64,000 bases of DNA from Planctomycetota bacterium (lineage in GTDB: Bacteria; Planctomycetota; Planctomycetia; Pirellulales; Pirellulaceae), in the NCBI GenBank assembly GCA_029979005.1, contig JAPOIJ010000002.1:2302-66301 (forward strand). The letters run 5' to 3'. The position numbers were made by a program, and so were the translations under genes. Shown in pieces: positions 9,225-19,086 of the stretch. The notes under the pieces were generated by a model. The model did no database searches, was not told where the DNA came from, and was given only the letters and a program-made list of their open reading frames with translations. Position 1 is the stretch's first letter. Each line of letters opens with the position of its first letter.

Positions 9225-10219
9225 AAGTAGCAGAGCTAATTAAACTTCGATCGCCGTATTGGGAGGAATTAGAGGACTTGTCGATACAGATGGGAGGGAG
9301 ATTAGGTAAGGCTGACCCCGATCGTGTTAGTCGGTTTGCAACGTTATACCGTGCTGCCTGTGCTGATTTGGCTTTGGCTGAATCGTATCAACTACCACCT
9401 CAAACAGTAGAGTACTTGCATCGGCTTGTAGGTAGAGCTCACAACCAGCTTTATCGCAGTCAGGGTTATCAATTCAATAGTTGGACCAAGCGTATTTTTA
9501 CCGACACACCTCGTCTGATATTTAATGACGTTTGTATCCAGATTGTGACAATCATCTTTTGGGGATTGTTCTTAATTGCAGCCTACCTGTCCTATAACAC
9601 GACGGTTTGGCCCGGGTTTTCTGAAGCTGTGGTGGGCGTTGAGGGCCTCGACCAGTTGCGCGAAAGTTACGGGCAGTTCGGTGGTAACCGAGGTGTCGGT
9701 AGCAACACTTTCATGATGGGTTATTATATTCATAACAACGCCACGATTGGCCTGCAGTGTTTTGTGATGATGCTCTTGGTGATTCCCGGTTTTGTTGTGC
9801 TTTCCTATAACGCGATCTACCTTGGCGCGGTCTTTGGAGTAATGTTTCGACCAGATTCCGGTGCGGCGAGCGAGAACTTCCAAAACTTCGTCACTGCACA
9901 CGGACCGTTTGAGTTGACGGCGATTATTCTTGCTGCGGGTGCTGGTTTGAAAATTGGGCTTAGTTGGATAATGTCTGACGGCCTTAATAGAAAAGATTCG
10001 CTTTTGAAAACCGCTCGCGAGTCACTGCCAATCGTCATGTGTGCCGTTGTGCTTTTTGTCCTGGCAGCGATGATTGAAGGCTTTATCTCACCGCATGGCG
10101 ATTTCCCTTGGTGGGGCAAGGGAACGGTTGCGGTTGGTTCTAGTTGTCTGTTGATGATTTATTTTGTGGTGTTGGGGTATCCTGCCGCTTGGCCGGGAGG
10201 TGAAGACGATGGATTTTAG
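9221..10219 (+). CDS. Stage II sporulation protein M (DUF95) family membrane protein
   Basis: LYRAACADLALA, YYIHNNATIG, PHG-like AHGPFELTAI, AAMIEGFISP; ATGA overlap with the RDD gene. Confidence 0.88.
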   Translation: MKVAELIKLRSPYWEELEDLSIQMGGRLGKADPDRVSRFATLYRAACADLALAESYQLPPQTVEYLHRLVGRAHNQLYRSQGYQFNSWTKRIFTDTPRLIFNDVCIQIVTIIFWGLFLIAAYLSYNTTVWPGFSEAVVGVEGLDQLRESYGQFGGNRGVGSNTFMMGYYIHNNATIGLQCFVMMLLVIPGFVVLSYNAIYLGAVFGVMFRPDSGAASENFQNFVTAHGPFELTAIILAAGAGLKIGLSWIMSDGLNRKDSLLKTARESLPIVMCAVVLFVLAAMIEGFISPHGDFPWWGKGTVAVGSSCLLMIYFVVLGYPAAWPGGEDDGF

Positions 10220-11105
10220 TAAGACGTTTATTTCTATTCGTACACGCACCGCTCTCCAGATTTACGATTTAGCCATTTTAGTCTGTGTTGAGTATTTCAA
10301 GCCACTGCTTGCGTTGTTAGCCATTGGAGCGTTCCCGTTTATTTTGTTGGACTGTTTACTGATTGGTTGGTTGGCAACTGATTATAAAGATTTTAGATAT
10401 TTTTATTGGGTGATGTTTTTGTTGGTCGTGAGTCAGGCTCAATTCGCGACGGTATTCATGACCCATTATTTGGGACAGGCGATGTTCTTTGGTCGCCCAA
10501 AAATATCCACGACAGTGAAAGATGTATTGCGGGCAGGGTTTTACTTTCACTGGCTGCATGGTGGTGTACGGATGGTAGTACCCGTTTTGATTTGTTGTTT
10601 TTTTCTGTCTCGTTCGATGGCCTTGGGCGCGTTCGATCGATACCTTTATCTGTTTCTCTATCTGCCGGGCTTGGTGGTATGCGGTTTGAGTTTTCGCATG
10701 TTTCGACCGTTTGTTAGCGAAATTTTGCTACTAGAGAAAACCCCACTAAAATCGAACAACGAAAATGTGGTTTGTTTCCATCGCCGTTCCATCTCACTTC
10801 ATTACAGGCAAGGTGCCGTGGAGGGGATTTTCGGGCAGGGGTTTGCAAGTTTTCTGCTCGGCCTTTTTCTGGGATTGGGGGTTTATGCCGGACTTTTGCA
10901 GTTGGATAAAATCTTGAATATTCAAGCGAATTCTGAGTGGAGCTATGCTGCTTGGTACTGGTTGGTCGCTCTTTGGTTGACTGTTGGTTTTTTGTGTGTC
11001 GCACGATTCTTGTTTTATATTGACACGCGCATTCGGCAGGAGGGCTGGGGCGTGGAATTAAGGATGCGATCGGAGAGTCAACGAATCAGTGAAATGGGGA
11101 TCTAA
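10209..11105 (+). CDS. Conserved multi-pass membrane protein of the MoxR/DUF58 operon
   Basis: Several hydrophobic segments; family-typical C-terminus FLFYIDTRIRQEGWGVELR; overlaps the upstream stop. Confidence 0.75.
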   Translation: MDFSKTFISIRTRTALQIYDLAILVCVEYFKPLLALLAIGAFPFILLDCLLIGWLATDYKDFRYFYWVMFLLVVSQAQFATVFMTHYLGQAMFFGRPKISTTVKDVLRAGFYFHWLHGGVRMVVPVLICCFFLSRSMALGAFDRYLYLFLYLPGLVVCGLSFRMFRPFVSEILLLEKTPLKSNNENVVCFHRRSISLHYRQGAVEGIFGQGFASFLLGLFLGLGVYAGLLQLDKILNIQANSEWSYAAWYWLVALWLTVGFLCVARFLFYIDTRIRQEGWGVELRMRSESQRISEMGI

Positions 11106-11120
11106 GAGAAAAGCATTTGA

Positions 11121-11975
11121 ATGATAGACTTTTTGCAAATAATTGATCCTCGGCGGTTGCCCCTGACTTTCGCTTCGACGAAGCAGAGTGTTTGGTTTCT
11201 GGCGTTTTGCGTTGGGGTTTGTTGTGATTTGGGATTGAATGGTTCCTTGTGTGCGCAAGGCAATTCAAAATTATCATCTAATGATGCACCCTGGTTGGAT
11301 TCAATGTCAGGAGAGGTGTTACCAATTGATTTTGCCGGCCGCGAATCGGCGAGATCCTTGTCTCGGGCCGAAATTCCAGCTGCGAGAGTAGTACCACCGG
11401 CTGCCCCGGCTGCCCCGGTTGCACCCGCCCGCCCGTGGGGGAGCAGTTATTGGGAATGGATTTTGGGGGGATTTAAGGTTGTTGGTTACGTCCTGCTGAT
11501 TTTGGTAATTGGATTAGTGGCCTACTTGGTCTACCGATATTACAACCGGTGGCGAAAAATGGACTCGGAAGAAAATTGGGATGAAAGCCTGGCAACGAGA
11601 ACGGTCGAGCAGAGCATGCGGCAGTTATCATTTGACGTAGATTTTTCAAACGGAGATTTTTGCGACGAAGCGGAGAAGGCCTATCGGAGCGGTGATCTAA
11701 GAAGCGCGATTATTTATCTCTTCAGTTATGTCTTAGTTTCTCTTGATCAGAAGGGGCATATTCGCTTACGGAAGGGGAAGACCAATCGTGAGTACTTACG
11801 AGAAATTCGAGGGCAACACGGTTTGGCAAAATTTTACCAGCGAGTGATGGTGCCATTCGAAGAGACCTTCTTCGGCGATTATCAACTTGAGCAGGAGGAA
11901 TTTGAAAATTGTTGGAGCCAGCTTGGTCAATTTCAGAAAGATGTCGTCCAAGCTCCACGGGTGTCGCATGGCTAA
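11121..11975 (+). CDS. DUF4129 domain membrane protein
   Basis: TM segment followed by AEKAYRSGDLRSAIIYLF..L..L...G.I......TNREYLRE....FEETFFGDY. Confidence 0.8.
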   Translation: MIDFLQIIDPRRLPLTFASTKQSVWFLAFCVGVCCDLGLNGSLCAQGNSKLSSNDAPWLDSMSGEVLPIDFAGRESARSLSRAEIPAARVVPPAAPAAPVAPARPWGSSYWEWILGGFKVVGYVLLILVIGLVAYLVYRYYNRWRKMDSEENWDESLATRTVEQSMRQLSFDVDFSNGDFCDEAEKAYRSGDLRSAIIYLFSYVLVSLDQKGHIRLRKGKTNREYLREIRGQHGLAKFYQRVMVPFEETFFGDYQLEQEEFENCWSQLGQFQKDVVQAPRVSHG

Positions 11976-13128
11976 GTTACCTAAAAATAAAACAATTCGG
12001 CTTAGTCGCGTAATTGTCTTGGTTATTACACTGATATCTGCGTTGGGGTGCGAGCAACCGGAGACCCTCAATACTGAGTACGGAACGATTTTTGGAACAC
12101 AAGGGGCTGACAGTTTAAACGGCACCAAGTATTTCTCGGAGTTGTTCGAAGCCCAGGGCGCGACGGTCAAGCGGAGTACAGTTATCGATCCCAGACTTGA
12201 CCAATATGACACACTGGTTTGGTTTCCCGACAGTATTGGTGTCCCCTCGGCGAAGGCCGTGAGTAGCCTAAGTGAGTGGCTTGAAGGTGGATACGGAAGG
12301 ACCTTGATATTTGTTGCTGGTGGGACCACCTCTACGGAGGATTACTTGAGGGCCGCTATTGAGAAAGTTCCTTCGGAGCAGAAGGAAGAGTATTTGCGCA
12401 GAATTTCGGAAGAAATGATCGGAAGCAACAGATACGACACGCAGACGTTGTTTATGGGTAATTTAACGGAGTGTGACTGGTATGAGTTGACGGAGAAACG
12501 GTTAGGCCGGAAGAAGTCTGTTTCCGGTAAGTTGCTGGAAGAGGGTAGGGATTTCCCGGAAATGGAACTTGATTTCCCTTATGAGATTCAGCCGCGAAAA
12601 GAATGGGAACCGGAGGTGCTCCTGGAAGCTGGTGATGAAGCATTTGTTTATAAGTTGAGTAACCAGGCCGTTCGCGATAATCAAAGTGAGTTAATTTTGG
12701 TGAGCCAGGGGACCGTTTTACTGAATTTCTCGTTAATTGATGAAGATAAGCAGGCTTTGGCTTCGGCGCTTGTAAGTCGTTGTGAAACCAGTCGGGGAGT
12801 ATTGTTTTTAGAAAGTGGTTCCGAAGGAATTGAAGTCCGAGAGTCGGTAGTTTCAAACCATAGCAATTGGAGTTGGATAGCCCAGCCTCCGTTGTGTTAT
12901 ATCGTGCCACATGTGTTGTTTCTTGGAGTATTGTTTTGCTTTGTTTACTTTCCAATTTTTGGAAGACCCAAACGAGTCAAGCCGCGAAATATTTCGACTT
13001 TTAGAAATCATATTAACGCGACAGCAGAGTTGTTGTCGCGTAGTAATCAGCCAAACCGAGCAGTGAATGCGATTAGGAATTACCAGCGAGCGGTTTCCAA
13101 TGAGGCCAATCGAAAAAAAGCTGATTGA
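11968..13128 (+). CDS. DUF4350-like exported/membrane protein
   Basis: Lipoprotein-like SALGCEQP, SLNGTKYFSELFEAQG, C-terminal TM plus PIFGRP and HINATAELL; expected position just before MoxR. Confidence 0.7.
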   Translation: MAKLPKNKTIRLSRVIVLVITLISALGCEQPETLNTEYGTIFGTQGADSLNGTKYFSELFEAQGATVKRSTVIDPRLDQYDTLVWFPDSIGVPSAKAVSSLSEWLEGGYGRTLIFVAGGTTSTEDYLRAAIEKVPSEQKEEYLRRISEEMIGSNRYDTQTLFMGNLTECDWYELTEKRLGRKKSVSGKLLEEGRDFPEMELDFPYEIQPRKEWEPEVLLEAGDEAFVYKLSNQAVRDNQSELILVSQGTVLLNFSLIDEDKQALASALVSRCETSRGVLFLESGSEGIEVRESVVSNHSNWSWIAQPPLCYIVPHVLFLGVLFCFVYFPIFGRPKRVKPRNISTFRNHINATAELLSRSNQPNRAVNAIRNYQRAVSNEANRKKAD

Positions 13129-13165
13129 CTGTGTTTGTAGACCGTGACTAATTAAAGAAATAATT

Positions 13166-14377
13166 ATGAGTACATCAAATGATCCGGATGCGTCGCTTGT
13201 CAAATTTCGGTGTGGCAAATGTGACAAAATTTTGAAAGTGAAGGCGGAGTCTAGCGGCGGGAAAGCCAAATGTCCCAGTTGCGGCGAGATCGTTCGGGTT
13301 CCCGACGCTCAATCTTCCGACTCGGGAGGAGGCGGTGCTGTCGAGGTGATTGAAGCAGGGCAAGTCGTGTCACCGCCAGATCCAATGGGCAAGGGAGTTT
13401 CTTTGAAGAGTGAGGAGGGGGGAACTGCGGCTCAGGGTATTTATCGTCGAATTACCAACGAGATTGAGAAGGTTTTTGTTGGACAGGACGAGTTGGTGCA
13501 GGGAGCGTTAGTGGCGTTGTTTTCAAACGGCCACGTTTTGATTGAAAGTGTTCCTGGTCTGGGGAAAACACTATTTGTTCGAACCTTAGGGAAAGTACTG
13601 GGGTGTGATTTTGGTCGTATTCAGTTCACGGCTGATTTAATGCCCTCAGACATCACAGGCGCTCCGGTGTTCAATATGAAATCCCAGGAATTCGAATTCC
13701 GCCCCGGGCCAGTTTTTACTCAACTCCTTTTGGCTGATGAAATTAATCGCTCACCGGCCAAAACGCATGCTGCATTATTGGAAATCATGCAAGAGCGGCG
13801 CGTGACAATTGATGGCAACACGTATTCGTTGGAGTTGCCGTTCCTTGTCGTGGCGACACAGAATCCGATTGAGTCTGAGGGTACCTACAATTTGCCGGAA
13901 GCTCAGTTGGATCGTTTTATGTTTAAACTGTCCGCTAAGTACCCGACCGAGGAACAAGAGGCTGAGATTCTCATTCGCCACGGTGGACAGGAAGATCTGA
14001 CTCGCCAGTTGGCTGAAAATATCAATCAGGTAACGACTCCTGAAGAGATTTTAAGTTTGACCGCCGAAAGTGGTACTGTTCGGGTTGATGAATTATTGGT
14101 GGGTTACATAAACAAAATCGTTCGGCTGACTCGAACTTGGCCGCAGTTTTATTTAGGGGCTTCGCCGCGAGCAGGTATAAGTCTGATGCAGGGTGCGCGG
14201 ACGCTCGCTATGTTTCATGGCCGTGACTATGCCGTGCCTGACGATGTGATTGAAATTGCGTTGCCGGTATTGCGCCACCGAGTTCAGCTAACCGCAGAGG
14301 CGGAAGTGGAAGGTCAAAGTGTTGACCAGATACTAAGTGATTTGATTCGGACGATTGAGGTTCCCCGACTCAAATAG
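13166..14377 (+). CDS. MoxR family AAA+ ATPase with N-terminal zinc ribbon
   Basis: HVLIESVPGLGKT, RIQFTADLMPSDITG, LLADEINRS, ATQNPIESEGTYNLPEAQLDRF, GASPRA; N-terminal CGKC-x17-CPSC. Confidence 0.95.
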   Translation: MSTSNDPDASLVKFRCGKCDKILKVKAESSGGKAKCPSCGEIVRVPDAQSSDSGGGGAVEVIEAGQVVSPPDPMGKGVSLKSEEGGTAAQGIYRRITNEIEKVFVGQDELVQGALVALFSNGHVLIESVPGLGKTLFVRTLGKVLGCDFGRIQFTADLMPSDITGAPVFNMKSQEFEFRPGPVFTQLLLADEINRSPAKTHAALLEIMQERRVTIDGNTYSLELPFLVVATQNPIESEGTYNLPEAQLDRFMFKLSAKYPTEEQEAEILIRHGGQEDLTRQLAENINQVTTPEEILSLTAESGTVRVDELLVGYINKIVRLTRTWPQFYLGASPRAGISLMQGARTLAMFHGRDYAVPDDVIEIALPVLRHRVQLTAEAEVEGQSVDQILSDLIRTIEVPRLK

Positions 14378-14426
14378 ATATTCTCCTGCTCAACGATCCG
14401 ATCGTGTCCGTAGATAAGTAAAGCCT

Positions 14427-15920
14427 GTGTTATCAACTCTTCAATTCGTGTGCGAATACCTGATTAACAGCCCTATCCTGCTGTTGTTAATCATGTCGTT
14501 CCCCTTGTGGCTACTCGCGCGAAAGTCGGGAGTTTACCCTTCAAAGCGGCTGATGCTTCTGTTTTTAGCGCCCTCTTTAATGTCATTCTTTCTGATCCCA
14601 ATCACGGATGAAGGGGGCATTGAAGCGAATTCGGTTGGCTTGTTTTTCTTGATGAATGGATCACTCCGCCAGATATTGCTTTTCGCAATTTTATTGATGG
14701 ACGTGTCGCTCCTCGGAATTGCATTTTTTGATCTTATGAAGATGGTTCCGCCGTCTGTTTTTTCAGGTACTCGCAAGGTTCAGAGAATCGCATCTCAGGG
14801 CAAGCGGCAAAAAGTCGAGATTGAAATCATAAACCACTCCCAAAGGTCGTGTGTAGTTGCCATACGTGACGATCTGCCTGATTCTTTTGTTGCGGAGCCA
14901 GGGCGGTTTGATGCGGCCATTGCCGAACGCAGTCGACTTCAGTTTGAATATGAACTGACCGGACGGCGTCGAGGCCGCGTCGTTTTGGAATGTATTCATT
15001 TGATGGTTGGCAGTCCGCTTAAATTATGGCAGGGGTTTTACCGTTTGCCGAGCGAATCAGTTGTAGATGTTTATCCTGATATGAAGCAAATTGCTGAATA
15101 TGATTTGCTGGCTCGAACAAATCGTCTGAGCCTCATGGGGCTGCGTCGAACTCGGAAGATTGGACAGGATAATGAATTTGAACGCTTGCGTGATTATACG
15201 CAGGATGACAATTACAAGCACATCGACTGGCGGACGACGGCTCGGCGTAACAAGTTAACTGTTCGGGATTTTCAGGCGAATCAAAGCCAGAGAATTGTAT
15301 TTATGGTCGATTGCGGCCGGATGATGACCGGTACGGCTGGAGAAATTAGCCTACTGGATCATTCGCTCAACGCGATGCTCATGCTCAGCTACATTGCGTT
15401 GCGACAGGGTGATTCAGTTGGGATGTTGAGTTTTAGTGACCGAATTCATAATTTTACACCCGCGAAGAATGGCGTAAAACACATCAACCGCTTGCTGAAT
15501 GCGTCTTACGATCAGCAGGCCAGATATGTTGAGTCGCGGTACGATGACGCATTTCTATATTTGCGGTCGCACTGTTCGAAGCGATCATTGGTGATTTTAG
15601 TGACCAATGTGATTGATGAAATCAACTCGCACCAGATAAACCAGTATTTAACTGCTTTGACAGGTCGTCATTTGCCATTAGGAGTTTTTCTGCGTGACCG
15701 GGAGATGTTTTCAGCCGTGGAAGAATTCGAGTCGCGCGGTCAACCTGGAAAGAAACAAATTTACGAAGCTGCTGCCGCTGTAGATATTTTGAATTGGCGA
15801 AGGCAAGTGATACGAGACCTTCGTCATCAGGGAACACTTGCCATGGACTTATTTCCAGAAGATCTCACTTCCGAATTGATCAACCAGTATTTGCAGATCA
15901 AAGCGCGGCACTTGCTGTGA
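14427..15920 (+). CDS. DUF58 domain (VWA-like) membrane protein
   Basis: EFERLRDYTQDDNYKHIDWRTTAR, VFMVDCGRMM, GDSVG; N-terminal TM helices; follows MoxR. Confidence 0.9.
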   Translation: MLSTLQFVCEYLINSPILLLLIMSFPLWLLARKSGVYPSKRLMLLFLAPSLMSFFLIPITDEGGIEANSVGLFFLMNGSLRQILLFAILLMDVSLLGIAFFDLMKMVPPSVFSGTRKVQRIASQGKRQKVEIEIINHSQRSCVVAIRDDLPDSFVAEPGRFDAAIAERSRLQFEYELTGRRRGRVVLECIHLMVGSPLKLWQGFYRLPSESVVDVYPDMKQIAEYDLLARTNRLSLMGLRRTRKIGQDNEFERLRDYTQDDNYKHIDWRTTARRNKLTVRDFQANQSQRIVFMVDCGRMMTGTAGEISLLDHSLNAMLMLSYIALRQGDSVGMLSFSDRIHNFTPAKNGVKHINRLLNASYDQQARYVESRYDDAFLYLRSHCSKRSLVILVTNVIDEINSHQINQYLTALTGRHLPLGVFLRDREMFSAVEEFESRGQPGKKQIYEAAAAVDILNWRRQVIRDLRHQGTLAMDLFPEDLTSELINQYLQIKARHLL

Positions 15921-15959
15921 GCTTCTTTTGCAAGTTAGGTGATTCAGTCTGTTCGGCAA

Positions 15960-17171
15960 TCAGTTCAACCGATTTAAGAGATGTGCGAGTTTGGCGGTTG
16001 GCTCTGAATTGAGACAATCGAGAGTCTCTTTAAGTTTCTTACGTTGTTCTTCGGTGACCGGATAAGTCTGGGAATTATTGGGAGTTGCCGATACCAGCTG
16101 TGCTCCGATGGTTTTTATTAACTCTCGAACTCCCTCGTTGGTTTTTACAGAAGTCTTGACGGTAGCAATCGGATTTGTTGATTCGTCGTTAAACGGTTGG
16201 CTGGAAGGAAGTAGGTCGGTTTTATTCAGTACAATTAAATCGGGCTCGGTTTCAGCAATGAATTCCGCTCTCTCAGGTTGCGGCGTCTCGTTTACGTCGA
16301 AAACGCAAATCGTTAAATCTGCTTTTGAGATTTGCTCTTTTGCCTGCGCAATTCCTTGAACTTCGATTGGGTTGTCAGAGTCTCGTATCCCTGCGGTATC
16401 TTTAAGCGTGACTGGCCAGCCGTCGATAGCGAGTGCCTGCGAAACGACATCGCGGGTGGTGCCGGGAATGTCGTGAACAATCGCCCGTTGAAAGCCCGCC
16501 ATCGCATTCACAAGGCTGCTTTTACCAACGTTGGGCTGACCGCAAAGGACTACGATTCGCGGGGTGGTAAGGTGTTTCCCGAAATCTGACCAGCTAAGCA
16601 TAGACTGCAGCTGCGCAGCGGCGATTCCACGTTCATTGGCAGCAAGTAAGTCTCGGATTTGTTGAATTTGTTTGGGAAGTTGCGTCACTAACCTCAATAA
16701 GTAGGAGGCCGTTTTGGAGGTTTGAGCCTGAGTTAACGCCAATTGAGTGCTAACGCTCCAGAAATCTTGGAATTGAATCGAAAATTCAGTCGCAGAGACT
16801 TCCGCAAACCCTCTTTCTGTAAGTGAGTGAATGACAGCTTGGCTGGCCGTTGATCCGCCATGGCAGTGAATTTCGAAATGCTGTTCGCCGCGTTTGGAAA
16901 CAACGAGGTCTTCCCCTGTGGATTTCCAGATTCCATAGGCGATGTCTTGATGTCTTCGAGAGGTGAGCGGGGCACCATTGGGGGTCAGTAAACACTCGTC
17001 AATTGTGGCTCCGGCTAATTCGCCGAACACGGAAACAACGGCAACAGCGCCGCGTCCGGTTGGCGTAATTTGGCTGCAAATGTTACAGGAAGGTGGGGAG
17101 TTCAATGGAGTTGACGTATTTTGTGTAAAGGAATTTGGGTTATGTATTGTTAAGTTTTTTTCCGATCGCAC
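15960..17171 (-). CDS. MnmE/TrmE-like GTPase, short variant lacking the C-terminal CxGK
   Basis: TPTGRGAVAVV, EIHCHGG, G1 GQPNVGKSSL, G2 PGTTRD, G3 DTAGIR, G4 NKTD; ends LLNRLN with no FCIGK. Confidence 0.85.
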   Translation of the reverse strand: MRSEKNLTIHNPNSFTQNTSTPLNSPPSCNICSQITPTGRGAVAVVSVFGELAGATIDECLLTPNGAPLTSRRHQDIAYGIWKSTGEDLVVSKRGEQHFEIHCHGGSTASQAVIHSLTERGFAEVSATEFSIQFQDFWSVSTQLALTQAQTSKTASYLLRLVTQLPKQIQQIRDLLAANERGIAAAQLQSMLSWSDFGKHLTTPRIVVLCGQPNVGKSSLVNAMAGFQRAIVHDIPGTTRDVVSQALAIDGWPVTLKDTAGIRDSDNPIEVQGIAQAKEQISKADLTICVFDVNETPQPERAEFIAETEPDLIVLNKTDLLPSSQPFNDESTNPIATVKTSVKTNEGVRELIKTIGAQLVSATPNNSQTYPVTEEQRKKLKETLDCLNSEPTAKLAHLLNRLN

Positions 17172-17922
17172 GTGCTCCTTGCAGCACTAAATCGGGAATG
17201 TATCGCCAGTCTTGATGCAATTGTTCGGAGAAATATTTGAGTCCGCCTCCAGTTGCAAAGGTAACCGGGGGCTCAGTAGAGATTTTTGCCATTTGTTTAA
17301 CGATTTCTAGAATGGCATATTTCTGCGAATGGTAAACGCCTTTTTGGATTGCGTCACTAGTTGATTTTCCAATTACCGAGTCGAAGCCTTGACTGGAAAG
17401 TGATTTCCCTGAATTTAAACCCAAGTCTGGCAAGGCATCGGTAAAAGTGTTGAGTCGTTTGAAGTTAGATTCGGCTCCGGGAAAGATAACCCCCCCCTGA
17501 AAAATACCTTGAGAATCCACCCAGTCGATTGTCACCGCTGTGCCTGCGTCGACGACGATGACTGGTCCTTGAGTGTGATTCAATTGCCATGCCATCCAGG
17601 CTGAGATTAATCGATCTCGCCCCAGTAACTGTCGCGATTCGATATTAGATAGAAGGTCAACATCACTCTCCTCAATAAGATAGGAGCGGTCGCTGGGTCG
17701 GTGTCGTTCGATCCAATCCAGGAGCGTTAATTCTTTTTTTTGGTGGACGCTTGAAATCGACCAGAAGAACGAGCCATTGTTCAACGGCAGTTGTTGAAGT
17801 TCCTGATTCAAGTCGGAGTCGCAGTTTAGCGTCAATTGAGTCTGCCAGTTATCGGTCATGTCAGGGCTGTCGACCGCAATCTTGATCGAACTATTTCCGA
17901 TATCAACTGCAATCAATCGCAT
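17140..17922 (-). CDS. coaX: Type III pantothenate kinase
   Basis: IAVDIGNSSIK, GRDRL, VVDAGTAVTID, GGVIFPG. Confidence 0.92.
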   Translation of the reverse strand: MRLIAVDIGNSSIKIAVDSPDMTDNWQTQLTLNCDSDLNQELQQLPLNNGSFFWSISSVHQKKELTLLDWIERHRPSDRSYLIEESDVDLLSNIESRQLLGRDRLISAWMAWQLNHTQGPVIVVDAGTAVTIDWVDSQGIFQGGVIFPGAESNFKRLNTFTDALPDLGLNSGKSLSSQGFDSVIGKSTSDAIQKGVYHSQKYAILEIVKQMAKISTEPPVTFATGGGLKYFSEQLHQDWRYIPDLVLQGARAIGKKLNNT

Positions 17923-18914
17923 GACGAATGTTGCTCCAAAACTTGGTCGATTCGATTCATTAGTCGAGGCAAACCGTCACCGGTTACTGCGGAAATCAGG
18001 AATACTTCACCCTCTGTTTCGCTTCTGAGCGTTGCTGCCACCTCCTCAGCCGGCGGCAGTTCGGATTTCGTCACGACGATGATTTCTGGCCGTGTTTTTA
18101 ATTGAGGGTTGTATTCCTCAAGTTCGCGCCGGATCGCCCAGTAGTTTTCCGTGGGTTCGGTTTGATCGAGGGGCATGGGTTCTACTAGATGAACGAGGAT
18201 TCCGGCTCGCTCGATATGCTTCAGGAAGTCGTGCCCAAGACCAACTCCTTCCGAAGCGCCTTCGATCAAACCGGGGATATCTGCCACAATGAAGGAGCGG
18301 TCTGCGTCAATTTGTACCTGTCCCAAATTGGGAAATTTCGTAGTGAAGGGATAGTCGGCGATTTCCGGCTTTGCGCTCGAGAGCCGGCTTAACAGAGTGC
18401 TTTTACCCGCATTAGGCTTTCCAATTAAGCCAACATCCGCAATCACTTTTAATTCAAGCTTAAGGGTTCTTGCTTCACCGGCTCCACCCTGCGTTGCTTG
18501 CCGCGGCGCTTGATTCGTGGAAGATTTGAAGCGGGTGTTCCCTCTGCCGCCACGTCCACCGCGTGCAGCGATAACTGAATCCCCATCAACCGCGAGATCT
18601 TTAATAATCAAATCCGTCTCGGCATCGATTACGATAGTGCCCGCCGGGACGAAAATCGTTATATCGTCGGCACAGGCACCGTGTCGGTTTGCTCCTTCGC
18701 CATTGTTTCCATTTTTGCCCCGAATGTGATGACGATTGGAGAGGGCGACAAGGCTGTTGACTCCATGTTTTGCGACAAGAATAACACTGCCACCGTCTCC
18801 GCCGTCGCCGCCATTGGGGCCTCCGCGAGGCACGTATTTTTCGCGTCGAAAACTCATGCATCCGTGTCCGCCCCGTCCACCCATTACTTCGATTTGAACT
18901 TGGTCAACGAACAT
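17913..18914 (-). CDS. obgE: GTPase ObgE/CgtA
   Basis: MFVDQV, FRREKYVPRGGPNGGDGG, GKPNAGKSTL, DYPFTT, DIPGLIEGA. Confidence 0.97.
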   Translation of the reverse strand: MFVDQVQIEVMGGRGGHGCMSFRREKYVPRGGPNGGDGGDGGSVILVAKHGVNSLVALSNRHHIRGKNGNNGEGANRHGACADDITIFVPAGTIVIDAETDLIIKDLAVDGDSVIAARGGRGGRGNTRFKSSTNQAPRQATQGGAGEARTLKLELKVIADVGLIGKPNAGKSTLLSRLSSAKPEIADYPFTTKFPNLGQVQIDADRSFIVADIPGLIEGASEGVGLGHDFLKHIERAGILVHLVEPMPLDQTEPTENYWAIRRELEEYNPQLKTRPEIIVVTKSELPPAEEVAATLRSETEGEVFLISAVTGDGLPRLMNRIDQVLEQHSSCD

Positions 18915-18974
18915 AGTATTCCAGAAATGGTTGGATTTGGTGGTGCGATGGTGTAGCCCGGTTTCGGGGATTGC

Positions 18975-19012
18975 AAAAATAAAGGATGCCAGATTATGGC
19001 ATCCTTTTTCTT
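18975..19012 (-). terminator. Intrinsic terminator downstream of rpmA (possibly bidirectional)
   Basis: Inverted repeat AAAGGATGCC-agattat-GGCATCCTTT (18981-19007) with A/T tracts on both sides. Confidence 0.7.
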
Positions 19013-19086
19013 ATTTCATTGAGGTTACGGGAATCGTCAGTGGGTGCATTCAGATTTTACACCAACCGTCGTAGGATCCCCCGTCC

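Noticed and set aside
11394-11432. Short CCGGCTGCC repeats in the DUF4129 gene
   Set aside because: They simply encode a Pro/Ala linker (PPAAPAAPVAPARP).
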